Assembly: GCA_016779705.1 (NCBI GenBank) | Contig: JADHNB010000003.1 | Coordinates: 1-46,182 of the forward strand | Source of the DNA: Poseidonia sp. | GTDB lineage: Archaea; Thermoplasmatota; Poseidoniia; Poseidoniales; Poseidoniaceae | Direction: 5' to 3' | DNA: 46,182 bases | Shown: positions 1-9,451 of the stretch, in pieces | Position numbering within the stretch: the stretch's first letter is position 1 | How the letters are laid out: each line of letters starts with the position of its first letter | The notes under the pieces: generated by a model | What the model saw: the letters and a program-made list of their open reading frames with translations, nothing else | What the model was told of the DNA's origin: nothing | Databases searched by the model: none | Program-made: the position numbers and the translations under genes

Positions 1-30
1 GGCCTCCTCAACCTGCCCCACCTCGCTCAT
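1..30 (-). CDS. Possible 5' end of a gene running off the window (MSEVGQVEEA...)
   Basis: ATG at 30 on the minus strand, open to the window edge and divergent from tRNA-Ser; only 10 codons visible. Confidence 0.3.
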   Translation of the reverse strand, partial: MSEVGQVEEA

Positions 31-134
31 GGTCAGCGCTTGAGGTCGTCCCTTTGAGTCCTTTCGCTTGGAGGTTTTCTCGTTGAGGCGAAAGGGTGAT
101 GGTTAAACGAAGAACGGGACTCGCCCGAACAAGA

Positions 135-221
135 GCCGAGATCGCATAGCCTGGTAGTGCGCGCGACTGGAAATCGCGTGGGCCCGTTCCCTCGGGAGTT
201 CAAATCTCTCTCTCGGCGCCA
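135..221 (+). tRNA. tRNA-Ser(GGA)
   Basis: Acceptor stem GCCGAGA/TCTCGGC, anticodon arm CGCGA-CT GGA AA-TCGCG, long variable arm, T-loop GTTCAAATC, discriminator G and encoded CCA. Confidence 0.96.
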
Positions 222-269
222 ACTTCCTTCTTGGTGGCCGTAGGACACCGCAACCTCCATGACTGAACG

Positions 270-1817
270 ATGGCAGGCGAATGCGTGAACGATGTTCTAC
301 GCCTTCCTTCGAAACGTTGGCTGGTGTTGTTTTTGGTCGCAATAGGTCTTCAGTTTTTGGGAATCCTCAACAGCGACTTGGGGCTGGACACCCACGTCCG
401 TTTGAATGCGATGAGCGACGTGAGCAAGGAGGGGCATGACTTGGCTTGGGGTCCCCTTCGCCTCTCCGATTCCTCCACTCAGGGAAGCGGAAACACGGCG
501 GTTTACGATGGATACATACCTCCCTGGAACACCTCGCCGTTAGCGTTCCAACTTACGGCGGCCGTCTCGTTGGGTGTTGTGGCGCTCCTGGCCGCCGTTG
601 GTCCAAAGGACGATTCGGGTCGAGTGACATTGGTTCCTGCCTACGCGCTCGTGGTCTTGCTCAGTCCAGTCTTTCTCTTTGCAACGAGTCGAGGATACGA
701 TGAGGCCATCTTGGCCCTTTTTGGTGGCGTTGCATTGGTCGGTTTTGCCTTCGATGATTCGCCTTCTGTGCATCGATTGAGGCTCCACGTGGTCTGGATG
801 GCGACGAGCCTTCTTCCCATCATGGCTTGGAAGGGGTTCCCTCTGCTCATGGCGTTTGGTGTTTGGCTGGGAGCGTTGGTCCTTGGCATGGGCTGGGTGG
901 CATGGCACCAACACGCATCGGCTCGTTCCGAAACGCCATTAACGTCCCATCCATGGGTGATGGCGGCCTTGGCAAGCACGGGTTGCCTCCTCGTGATGGT
1001 CCTTCTCTCGCTCGGAGCCCAGAGCGGGACCTTCGCCATCGTTTTCGATGAACCCCTGAAATTTTTGTTGGCCCTTTTCTTCGCGGTGTTTGATGCGGTC
1101 GGTCTTTACCTCCTCGTTGGTTTGGCGCTTTGGCCCCTGATCCATGAAAAGCGGTCCTCTCTCCTGAACGTACGATCGCCCGAATTGAGCTTGTTAACGA
1201 TGTACATCTCAGGATTATTGACGGCCATCATCTTCTACATCGCTGCCCTTTGGAGCCTGGAATCAACCATATGGCAGCGCCCAATGACCGAAACCATGGT
1301 GGTTTTAGGGAACAACGGACGCTATGCGACCTGTTTGGTGCTGCCGATTCTCATGGTTTTGAAATGGCCCCGTTCCGAGGGTGAGCCATCCAATCGTTGG
1401 CCCCAACACTTGACCGCAGCCCTCGCTATCTTGGTGCCGTTCATCTTGTTGACCTCTCTGATGGGTCATCAATTGTGGTCCGAAGATGCAGGGGCCGCTG
1501 CCGCTGACGTTTGGCAGGATGATGAAGACCAATTTTTGTTGATCGCTCCTGAGACCTTGGCAATGCACCATTTGTACGTCATGAAAACCCACCTAGATTT
1601 GGACGGAACGTTGGGCATCCAAGGCCATTGGCGGACTGAGGACACGGCCTCGACCTTCCTGATTGATGCGACTCCCGACCTCATCGTGCTTGCACCTCAT
1701 GTTACGTATACGCTGGACCCGTTGGCGTATGAACTGGTGGATGAATCGAGCGTCCCCGTAACGGTTCCGGGGGGCATCCAGAGCGGTGGTTGGCAACTTT
1801 ATCGTTCCTTGACCTAA
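270..1817 (+). CDS. Polytopic membrane protein, possibly GT-C fold glycosyltransferase-like
   Basis: 515 aa ORF with roughly 10-12 hydrophobic segments, an acidic first loop (DLGLDTH), a late GRYATCLVLP motif and a soluble C-terminal domain; start uncertain (270 or GTG 285). Confidence 0.7.
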   Translation: MAGECVNDVLRLPSKRWLVLFLVAIGLQFLGILNSDLGLDTHVRLNAMSDVSKEGHDLAWGPLRLSDSSTQGSGNTAVYDGYIPPWNTSPLAFQLTAAVSLGVVALLAAVGPKDDSGRVTLVPAYALVVLLSPVFLFATSRGYDEAILALFGGVALVGFAFDDSPSVHRLRLHVVWMATSLLPIMAWKGFPLLMAFGVWLGALVLGMGWVAWHQHASARSETPLTSHPWVMAALASTGCLLVMVLLSLGAQSGTFAIVFDEPLKFLLALFFAVFDAVGLYLLVGLALWPLIHEKRSSLLNVRSPELSLLTMYISGLLTAIIFYIAALWSLESTIWQRPMTETMVVLGNNGRYATCLVLPILMVLKWPRSEGEPSNRWPQHLTAALAILVPFILLTSLMGHQLWSEDAGAAAADVWQDDEDQFLLIAPETLAMHHLYVMKTHLDLDGTLGIQGHWRTEDTASTFLIDATPDLIVLAPHVTYTLDPLAYELVDESSVPVTVPGGIQSGGWQLYRSLT

Positions 1818-1868
1818 TCACCTCGTTCGCGAAGTGATTATATTCATTTGGTGGGTGGGCGAACCACT

Positions 1869-1943
1869 GCCACCGTGGCTTAGGGGTATAGCACCTCATT
1901 GGTAATGAGGAGGTCGCGAGTTCAAATCTCGCCGGTGGCTCCA
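1869..1943 (+). tRNA. tRNA-Thr(GGT)
   Basis: Acceptor stem GCCACCG/CGGTGGC, anticodon arm CCTCA-TT GGT AA-TGAGG, T-loop GTTCAAATC, encoded CCA; TTATAT box about 31 nt upstream. Confidence 0.96.
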
Positions 1944-2054
1944 CTTCGCCTTTTTCCTTGGGTTTACAAATCAGGTGAATCCCCTTCATCCGACCTCAAT
2001 GTATAAGAAGCGACTTTTCAGTTTAGAATTCGAGAAGGAAACTTCTCAGATGGG

Positions 2055-2246
2055 ATGCACATGGAGCGCAAGCAAGAACAAGACGATGAAATGAGACAAC
2101 GAGTCAAGGAATTACAACATCAAGTTGACGAATTGAAGGAATTGGTGAACACCCTGCTCAGCGTGATCGTTGAGGAACCTGACGGCGTTCACAGCGGGGC
2201 TGCACCAACCTTGCCCGGGCAAGGAATGATGCAAGTCTGCATGTGA
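2055..2246 (+). CDS. Small hypothetical coiled-coil protein
   Basis: 63 aa ORF with heptad pattern (VKELQHQVDELKELVNTLL); fills the gap and its stop abuts the rtcB stop. Confidence 0.6.
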   Translation: MHMERKQEQDDEMRQRVKELQHQVDELKELVNTLLSVIVEEPDGVHSGAAPTLPGQGMMQVCM

Positions 2247-3722
2247 TCATCCCTTGATCACGGCAAGTGGATTCATTCTCGCAACCGGTCGAGCAAGGCC
2301 TGCTCGTTGGGTTAGTTTGATCACATCGTCTACGTTTTTGTACGCATCAGGCGCCTCCTCCGATAGCACGTTGGGGGTGGATGCATGTACACGAATTCCA
2401 CGGTTCTCCAGGTCACGCTTCAATGATTTTCCGTCGAGCAATTTTTTGGCTTGCGCTCGTGACAGCGCACGGCCGGCACCGTGGCATGATGAGCCAAAGG
2501 CTTGATTGCTTCCGTTGATGGGCCCAGCCATGACCCATGAACCGGTCCCCATGTCTCCAGGGACGACCACCGGTTGTCCCGTGTTCGAAAAAACGGAAGC
2601 CACCTCTGGATGGTCTCCTCCAAATGCACGGGTGGCACCCTTTCGATGCACACAACAGGTGCATCCTTTCCCGTTCACATGGTGATGTTCCACTTTGGCG
2701 ATGTTGTGAGCCACGTCGTACAGTGTTCTTGCCTCTCCATCAACCCCCAATTCCAAGCGAAGGACCGTTCGCAGACGTTCCGCCAATACGGCTCGGTTCG
2801 CGAAGGCAAAATTAGCTGCGGCATTCATGGCGTCAAGGTAGGCTTGGCCCTCCCTGGAGTGGATGGGTGCAGCTGCCAATTGGCGGTCCGGTAAGGTGTA
2901 CCCCCAGGCATCGTTGGTCCAACCTTGGTCAGTCTGGCGATAGGTGCTTTCCAGACTTCGGACATGATCGGTGCAAACTTGGTGACCCAATCCTCGACTT
3001 CCGGAGTGAATCATGGCCACCAGTTGATGTTCGTGCAGTCCCCACGCCGTCGCCGTTCGCTCGTCCACGACCTGTCCAACGGTTTGGAGTTCAAGGAAAT
3101 GGTTGCCGCTTCCGAGGGTTCCCAAAGACTTGAGGCCTCGCTCAACGGCTCGTTGCGAAACGTTCGCTTCTTGGGTGGGGAGGCAACCGTTCGATTCCAA
3201 CATGGGCAGGTCGCTGTCAAGGCCGAAACCAAGGTCGAGGGCAGCCGAGGCGCCGCCCATCAACAATTCATTGAGGTCTTGCTTTGAAAGGTCAACCCCG
3301 CCTTTTCCCGACCCTCCTGCTGGTATCCTGCCAGCCAAGCGGCCTGCGAGTTTGCTCAAGTTGGGAATGTCGTCTTTGGTCGCGTCCAGCGCAAGGAAGC
3401 GAACGCCGCAATTGATGTCAAAGCCCACGCCACCGGGTGAAACCGCCCCACCCAATTCCCCTTCGTTGACATCGGTGGCCACCACGCCCCCAATGGGGAA
3501 TCCGTAGCCATAATGCCAATCCGCCATCGCCCACGCCTCTCCGACAATGCCGGGTAGGCTGGCTGTGTTGACGAGTTGCTCGGGACCACGATCGTCTCCG
3601 TGACGCTCCATGTGCCCCGTATCGGTCACCAGGCGTGCGTCAACCCGCATCGCTCCGTGGGCTTTGATTCGCATCGTGCCGTCCCCCTCATCCACGAGGT
3701 GGTCCCGCCATGATGCATCCAT
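2247..3722 (-). CDS. rtcB: RNA-splicing ligase RtcB
   Basis: Motifs DWHYGYGFPIGG, GFDINCGVR, GTLGSGNHFLE, HSGSRGLG, HRKGAT, SSCHGAGR, EEAPDAYK and C-terminal VIKG. Confidence 0.97.
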   Translation of the reverse strand: MDASWRDHLVDEGDGTMRIKAHGAMRVDARLVTDTGHMERHGDDRGPEQLVNTASLPGIVGEAWAMADWHYGYGFPIGGVVATDVNEGELGGAVSPGGVGFDINCGVRFLALDATKDDIPNLSKLAGRLAGRIPAGGSGKGGVDLSKQDLNELLMGGASAALDLGFGLDSDLPMLESNGCLPTQEANVSQRAVERGLKSLGTLGSGNHFLELQTVGQVVDERTATAWGLHEHQLVAMIHSGSRGLGHQVCTDHVRSLESTYRQTDQGWTNDAWGYTLPDRQLAAAPIHSREGQAYLDAMNAAANFAFANRAVLAERLRTVLRLELGVDGEARTLYDVAHNIAKVEHHHVNGKGCTCCVHRKGATRAFGGDHPEVASVFSNTGQPVVVPGDMGTGSWVMAGPINGSNQAFGSSCHGAGRALSRAQAKKLLDGKSLKRDLENRGIRVHASTPNVLSEEAPDAYKNVDDVIKLTQRAGLARPVARMNPLAVIKG

Positions 3723-3848
3723 GTCAAACCGTCCCGCTCGTTGGTTTTGAGCCTTTTTGCAAAGGCCAAAATCGCTTTCTCGTCATCATAGCCTTGAAAG
3801 GGGGACTCGCTTTGGAACGAGCATCCTCCTCGGAAGGACGTTGACGGT

Positions 3849-6686
3849 ATGGCACTTCCACCCATTGACCTCGCCGTTTTCCACAAGAACGGTTTCGTCC
3901 GAAAACAGTGCGCGGTGACGGATTTATGGTTTTGGACGTCCGATGAACAACGAACGACCTGCGGGGACACCCCCGAGGACGAATACACGTTCATTGGTGC
4001 ACCGTTGATTTCTGGATTTGACCAACGGGGGAAAGCCTTGAAAGACGCCATGCGGGAGGCCTTCCTTTCGTTTTTTGAAAACGTCGGCCACACCCGAATT
4101 GAACCCTATCCGGTGTTGGCCCGATGGCGTGATGACATCCATCTGACCATCGCCTCGATTGCTGACTTTCAACCCCATGTCACCTCGGGCTTGGTCCAAC
4201 CGCCGGCCAATCCCTTGACCGTTTCCCAGCCGTGCATTCGACTGACCGATGTGGATGCTGTTGGGCGTTCAGGCCGCCATTTGACGACCTTTGAGATGAT
4301 GGCCCATCACGTGTTTAATCGCCCCGCTGAAGGGGAAGAAATCTATTGGATGGAAACCTGCGTCGAGCATTGCCATACCTTGTTGACCGACACGTTCGGT
4401 ATTGATTCGTCCGAGATCACGTATGTCGAAAATCCCTGGTGTGGCGGAGGCAATGCCGGAGCAGCCGTGGAAGTGATCGTCGGCGGGCTCGAGTTGGCCA
4501 CCTTGGTGTTCATGGACATGGAAGAGCATCCCGAGGGCGATGTTGAGTTGAAAGGTGATCGATACCGTAAGATGCCCCTGCAAATCATCGACACCGGGTA
4601 TGGACTCGAACGATTCTGTTGGGCGGCGGCCGGCACACCAACCATTTACGAAGCCATTTACCCTGAATCCGTTGATTGGTTGAAATCACGCTCAAAGTTT
4701 GATGATGTGGCGAAGCAGTGGCCTTCGATTGACCTTGATCGTCTCCTCAGTGAAATGAGTCGCTTGAACGGTATCATGAACATCGAAGCCGGGGTTGACG
4801 GCGACAAACTGGTCAGTCTCTTCTTGGCCCGACTACAGGACCGAGGAATCGAACTTACCGCCGAACAATTCACGGGCATCACGGAGCCCCTGTCCAACAT
4901 CTATGCCATTCCTGACCATTTGCACGCTCTCTGCAACATGCTTGGAGACGGTTTGGTCCCGTCAAACGCCAAAGCCGGTTACCTTGCCAGGATGCTCGCC
5001 CGTCGGGTGCTGAGAATGCGGGATGAATTGGGACTTGAAATTCCTTTGAGCGACCTTGCTGAACACCATCTTGATGTGAACTTGGGAGGACATCTCAACA
5101 AGCAACACCGAGAAGGATTATTGGAAATTCTGACCTTGGAAGAAGAACGCTACGTTGAGATGCTTCGGAAGGGCGTCCAAGTGTTGCAAACGCAACTCAA
5201 AGGTCTGGACAAAACGGCAGAAACCATTCCCGACGACGATTTGTTCACGCTCAACGATTCACATGGTTTGGCACCCGACATGGCCGTTGCCTTGGCACGA
5301 AAGGCCGGTTGGACTCAGGTCGCCTTGCGCACCGGCTTTTCGGCAGAGATGGCTGAACGCCACGCACGTTTGGCCAAGGAAGCTGCTCGAGAGCCCTCCT
5401 CGAGCGGAAGCGGTTACATGACCGACGGCCTTTCAGCGACGGTGACGGACTATTACGACGATGTCTATGCTCAGACGGCCATGGCGAAGGTCGTGGCATG
5501 TTTTGAGCGTCAAGGCACTGAGGGTGAATTTGCGGTGGTGTTGGACCGCACCCTGTTCTATCCCGAAGGCGGGGGCCAAGAGGGTGATCGGGGGACCCTT
5601 GTTCAGGGTGATTCAGTTGTGCACGTGCGTGATACTCAGAAACAGGGTGACATCATTCTTCACTTTACCAACGGTCGGTTGACCGTTGGAGAACAGGTGG
5701 AGGCGCGGCTGGATTGGCAGCGGCGAAAGCAGTTGATGGATCATCACACCGCCGTCCACATCGTTGGAGGAGCGGCAAGACATTTGTTGGGCCCCCACAT
5801 TTTCCAAGCGGGTTCTCACCTCTCCGTTGAAAGCGGTCGTTTGGACATCACGCACTTCCATCGACTGACGCGCGATGACCTCGACGCCATGGAAGCCATG
5901 GCCAATCAAGTGTTGGCCTCGGTCGGCTCAACTGAAAAGTCCGAACTCAATCGCAAAGATGCGGACCTCGTCCACGGATTCGACCTGTACCAGGGAGGTG
6001 CCCCGAAGGGCGATTCGATTCGAATTCTGAAAATCGCTGAACACGACACCCAGGCCTGTGGGGGAACTCACCACGATGAACCGGGTCAAATCGGGTCCAT
6101 TCGCGTCGTTCGCTCAACCGCCGTTCAGGACGGTGTTGAGCGGTTGCACATTGTCGCAGGGGATGCGGCGTTGGCCTATGCCCGTTCCCAAGACGAATTG
6201 CTACGCTCAACAGCTGAGGTGTTCGGGGTTCATCAGGACGATTTGCCAAAAGCCGCCGCTCGATTCTTTAAGGAATGGAAGGAGCAGCGGAAGACGATTG
6301 AACATCTTGAATCTGAAATCGTCCGCCTTCGGACCAGCGGTGGAGGCGACGCTTCCTCCGAACTTGAGGGTGTTCGCATCGTCGTGATGGAAATTGACGG
6401 TGATTTGAAATCGATGACCACGATGCTCAAGGAACTCACGTTGGACCAAGACCAACCCACCTTGGCCGTGCTTGGCTCCCGCGATGGCGGCGGGAAGTTG
6501 ATGATCGCCGTCACGGAAGGGACGATTGCCTCCGAGCGCTACAACGCTGTTGACCTGCTCCGCTCGATTTCGTCCCACATCAACGGTGGGGGTGGAGGTC
6601 GACCAACCTTCGCTCAGGGCGGTGGTTCAAACGCTGACGGCTTGCCAAATGCGCTTCAGGCCGCACGCGAGATGCTCGGTCTTTGA
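3849..6686 (+). CDS. alaS: Alanine--tRNA ligase (archaeal type)
   Basis: ASIADFQP, QPCIR, GRHLTTFEMMAHH, DTGYGLER; editing domain HHTAVH and CGGTH; C-terminal GGGGRPTFAQGG. Confidence 0.98.
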   Translation: MALPPIDLAVFHKNGFVRKQCAVTDLWFWTSDEQRTTCGDTPEDEYTFIGAPLISGFDQRGKALKDAMREAFLSFFENVGHTRIEPYPVLARWRDDIHLTIASIADFQPHVTSGLVQPPANPLTVSQPCIRLTDVDAVGRSGRHLTTFEMMAHHVFNRPAEGEEIYWMETCVEHCHTLLTDTFGIDSSEITYVENPWCGGGNAGAAVEVIVGGLELATLVFMDMEEHPEGDVELKGDRYRKMPLQIIDTGYGLERFCWAAAGTPTIYEAIYPESVDWLKSRSKFDDVAKQWPSIDLDRLLSEMSRLNGIMNIEAGVDGDKLVSLFLARLQDRGIELTAEQFTGITEPLSNIYAIPDHLHALCNMLGDGLVPSNAKAGYLARMLARRVLRMRDELGLEIPLSDLAEHHLDVNLGGHLNKQHREGLLEILTLEEERYVEMLRKGVQVLQTQLKGLDKTAETIPDDDLFTLNDSHGLAPDMAVALARKAGWTQVALRTGFSAEMAERHARLAKEAAREPSSSGSGYMTDGLSATVTDYYDDVYAQTAMAKVVACFERQGTEGEFAVVLDRTLFYPEGGGQEGDRGTLVQGDSVVHVRDTQKQGDIILHFTNGRLTVGEQVEARLDWQRRKQLMDHHTAVHIVGGAARHLLGPHIFQAGSHLSVESGRLDITHFHRLTRDDLDAMEAMANQVLASVGSTEKSELNRKDADLVHGFDLYQGGAPKGDSIRILKIAEHDTQACGGTHHDEPGQIGSIRVVRSTAVQDGVERLHIVAGDAALAYARSQDELLRSTAEVFGVHQDDLPKAAARFFKEWKEQRKTIEHLESEIVRLRTSGGGDASSELEGVRIVVMEIDGDLKSMTTMLKELTLDQDQPTLAVLGSRDGGGKLMIAVTEGTIASERYNAVDLLRSISSHINGGGGGRPTFAQGGGSNADGLPNALQAAREMLGL

Positions 6687-6689
6687 GGC

Positions 6690-7460
6690 TCATCGCAAAC
6701 TGCGCAGCGCTTCTTTGTCAAATTGTGAGACCGCTTGCTGGTAGGCGTCGTTGACGCTGAACCATCGGGCTTCGGAGATTTCTTCTGTCTGCAGCGCCAA
6801 TTCAGACACGTCTCCGTTCCAAGTAGACCGGTAGGTCAAGGAAACGAAGGAGATGCCTTCGTCGTTGAACACACGTTGTGTAATGACCGGTTCCTTGTCG
6901 TCCAGCACGATCTGAAGGCCCAACTCCTCCAGAGTTTCTCTCACGCACCCGATTGAAGGGTGTTCGTTGTGGTCCAAGTAGCCTCCCGGCAAGGTCCAAT
7001 ATCCGTTAAAGTGCCCTCGCTCTACCTTTCCCATCAGCACTTCGCCTGCATCGTTTTGGATCATGACTTTCGCAACCAAACGATGCAGGGAGCGATAGAT
7101 GGCTTCCCTTGCGACGGGGTGAACGTGGTTGTCAGCAATGCAGGCATCCTTCCAAGCCCAGTGCTTGGGCCACTCCATTTTTGGGTAGCCTTTCAGGACG
7201 GTGAATTGAGTTGACCCGAAGGTGATGCGGAGCGTGTCCTTTTCAACGAACTCAAGGTCCATGACCTCGACTTCGTCAACCGTGGGGAATCGTAGGGTGT
7301 TGCTGTTCCCCATCCGGCCGGGTTGAGGGAGTTGGGGTCCAATTCCTTGTTCATCCACCAACAACACCTTTCCGTCGTGTTCCAAATACACGGAGACGGA
7401 AGGGTGCATGCTTCTGCCAAGGCCCCGATTCACATCAATGCTCGTATCAGGATTGGTCAC
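6690..7460 (-). CDS. NUDIX hydrolase with N-terminal extension
   Basis: Nudix box WTLPGGYLDHNEHPSIGCVRETLEELGL and EISEARWF. Confidence 0.9.
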   Translation of the reverse strand: MTNPDTSIDVNRGLGRSMHPSVSVYLEHDGKVLLVDEQGIGPQLPQPGRMGNSNTLRFPTVDEVEVMDLEFVEKDTLRITFGSTQFTVLKGYPKMEWPKHWAWKDACIADNHVHPVAREAIYRSLHRLVAKVMIQNDAGEVLMGKVERGHFNGYWTLPGGYLDHNEHPSIGCVRETLEELGLQIVLDDKEPVITQRVFNDEGISFVSLTYRSTWNGDVSELALQTEEISEARWFSVNDAYQQAVSQFDKEALRSLR

Positions 7461-8661
7461 TCGGGAGCAGCGTCACCTCGGACGGCTCGGGGAGTTCTTG
7501 CGTGAGGGTTTCCGAGACTTTCAGTTCGTCCAATCGGCGGCCTTGGGGAAGGACTCGTGATTGGTAGGACCGCATGGTATCGTTGTACGCAAGGGTTGCC
7601 TTGGCGAGGTGCCCGCCCACCTTGTTGTAGTGGTCCACCATCGTGGTGACCCGTTTGTACAATTCTCTCGAGACATCGTAGATCTCTCGTGCACCCTCCG
7701 CAAGGGCGTGTTGTTGCCAGTACAAAGCGACGGTCCGCAACAAGCCGAGCATCGTGACTGGGGTGGTGACCAAGACCGATTTGCTCATGGCATACTCCAT
7801 CAAATCCGGGTCCACGTTGAAAGCAGCGGCGGCCATGGCTTCACTCGGTACGAACATGACCACATGGTCAAAATGACCCTCGATGGCTTCCTGATATGCC
7901 TTGGAACTGAGGTCGGTGATGCGACTTCGCATGCTGCGGGCGTGACGAATGAGCAATTCGTCTTGCTGAGGTCCGGGTTCAAGGGAGACCGCTTCAAGGT
8001 AGGTTCCCCCAACCGCCTTGGAATCGATGGGGATGACGCCTCCCTCCGGGAGAATGACGACAAAGTCGGGGCGGGTGCCGTTGTCCAAGGTCGGCTGTTC
8101 TTTGAAATTCATGTGTTCGGAAAGGCCCGCCATTTCAAACAACCGTCGTAGTTTGACTTCCCCCCAATTGCCTCGGGTCTGACTCGAGGTGGTCAGTGCC
8201 GTGGAAAGCGCCACGGTGCGTGTGGACAACGATTCAGTCTTCTCACCGAGTTCCTTGATGTTTCGTCGCAACCCTTCGTACGCCCCCACTCGTTCTTTCT
8301 CCATCTCGTTGTTTTGGTGTTGGAGTTTGATCAATTCGTCTTGGAGCGGCTTAAGCAGATGCTCAACCTCGGTTTTTCGCTGTTCAAGAGCATGCTCAGC
8401 CTCAAGTTGATTTTTCGACCAACGCTCTTCGGCCAATTTGAGGAAATTGGCCGAATTTTCCTCACTCAGGCGCTTGGAGAGGTTCTCAACCTCAGCTCGG
8501 ATGCGTTGTTCGTTGATGGTTGAGGCCTCTTCGCTGGAGCGGAGGCGCTCCTCGGCCCGTATCAGTTCACCAGCGGTGGACTGTCGAGCCATCACCCATC
8601 CGACCAATCCGCCCAAGACCAATCCAATCAACAACAGGCCGTACTCTGTTAGCCCCACCAT
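7447..8661 (-). CDS. rmuC: DNA recombination protein RmuC
   Basis: N-terminal TM helix, coiled coil, RGNWGEVKLRRLFEMAG, RPDFVVILP, IDSK, VMFVPSE, TTPVTMLGLLR; start set at MVGLTEY (8661). Confidence 0.92.
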   Translation of the reverse strand: MVGLTEYGLLLIGLVLGGLVGWVMARQSTAGELIRAEERLRSSEEASTINEQRIRAEVENLSKRLSEENSANFLKLAEERWSKNQLEAEHALEQRKTEVEHLLKPLQDELIKLQHQNNEMEKERVGAYEGLRRNIKELGEKTESLSTRTVALSTALTTSSQTRGNWGEVKLRRLFEMAGLSEHMNFKEQPTLDNGTRPDFVVILPEGGVIPIDSKAVGGTYLEAVSLEPGPQQDELLIRHARSMRSRITDLSSKAYQEAIEGHFDHVVMFVPSEAMAAAAFNVDPDLMEYAMSKSVLVTTPVTMLGLLRTVALYWQQHALAEGAREIYDVSRELYKRVTTMVDHYNKVGGHLAKATLAYNDTMRSYQSRVLPQGRRLDELKVSETLTQELPEPSEVTLLPSDQS

Positions 8662-8740
8662 GAAATCGTAACGATGGCGACCGTATATGATGAAATCGGG
8701 TTCCGTCAAAGTTCATAGCAGAACACCTCATGGGAAGGTC

Positions 8741-9451
8741 ATGCGTTTTGAGCAACTGAACGAGGGCGTCTGGGCCATGACCTATTTGGTGGTTGATGAG
8801 GTTTCAAATCAAGCCGCTCTGATTGACCCTGTGTACGATTACCTCGATTCCTACCTCTCCTTGCTCGAAAACGATGGGCTGACGCTGACCTACGCCATCG
8901 CCACGCACACCCACGCCGACCACATCACGGCCTGTTTTTCACTCCGAGAAGCGCTGGGCTGTGAATACATCATGTTTCACAACACGGCCAGTTTGGGTGT
9001 TTCGACCTATGTCGAAGACGGTCAAACCCTTCCATTGGGTGACGTTTCGTTCACCTTTCACGCCGCCCCAGGCCATACCAACGATTCCATGATCGTTGAA
9101 GTCCCTGGTCACATCATGACCGGGGATTTTTTGTTCAACGGCGAAGGTGGGGTTGGCCGGGACGATTTACCAAGTGGCCGAAGCCGCATCCATTGGGAGG
9201 CGTTGGCGGTCCTGGACCGATTCGATGACGGGGTCACCGTCTGTTCCGGTCATGAACCGCCCGGAACGGAGATGCGTCCTCTCGCATGGAACCGCCTCCA
9301 TAATCCAATCCTCAAGATGACGAGTTTCGAAGAGTTTGATGCTTGGCAAAACGCTACTGCGGCCGCCTTGGGCGGTGTATCTAAAATCAAAACAGCGATT
9401 CCTGCTAACTTGTTCGCCGAAATTCCAGACCGAATTCCATGGTTGGATTAG
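8741..9451 (+). CDS. MBL-fold metallo-hydrolase (glyoxalase II / persulfide dioxygenase-like)
   Basis: THTHADHIT, PGHTNDS, TGDFLF, GHE metal-binding motifs; start set at MRFEQL. Confidence 0.88.
   Translation: MRFEQLNEGVWAMTYLVVDEVSNQAALIDPVYDYLDSYLSLLENDGLTLTYAIATHTHADHITACFSLREALGCEYIMFHNTASLGVSTYVEDGQTLPLGDVSFTFHAAPGHTNDSMIVEVPGHIMTGDFLFNGEGGVGRDDLPSGRSRIHWEALAVLDRFDDGVTVCSGHEPPGTEMRPLAWNRLHNPILKMTSFEEFDAWQNATAAALGGVSKIKTAIPANLFAEIPDRIPWLD

Noticed and set aside
135..1943. Integrated element at the tRNA genes
   Set aside because: No integrase and no duplicated tRNA 3' end; both tRNAs are complete and different
2014..2026. CTTTTCAGTTTAG resembling the damage-response element upstream of the 63-aa gene
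   Set aside because: Only a partial match, and spacing to the start differs from the two cassette sites
8660..8698. Direct repeat ATGAAATCG x2 in the rmuC/MBL divergent region
   Set aside because: One copy overlaps the start codon; a short repeat with no other support, plausibly chance
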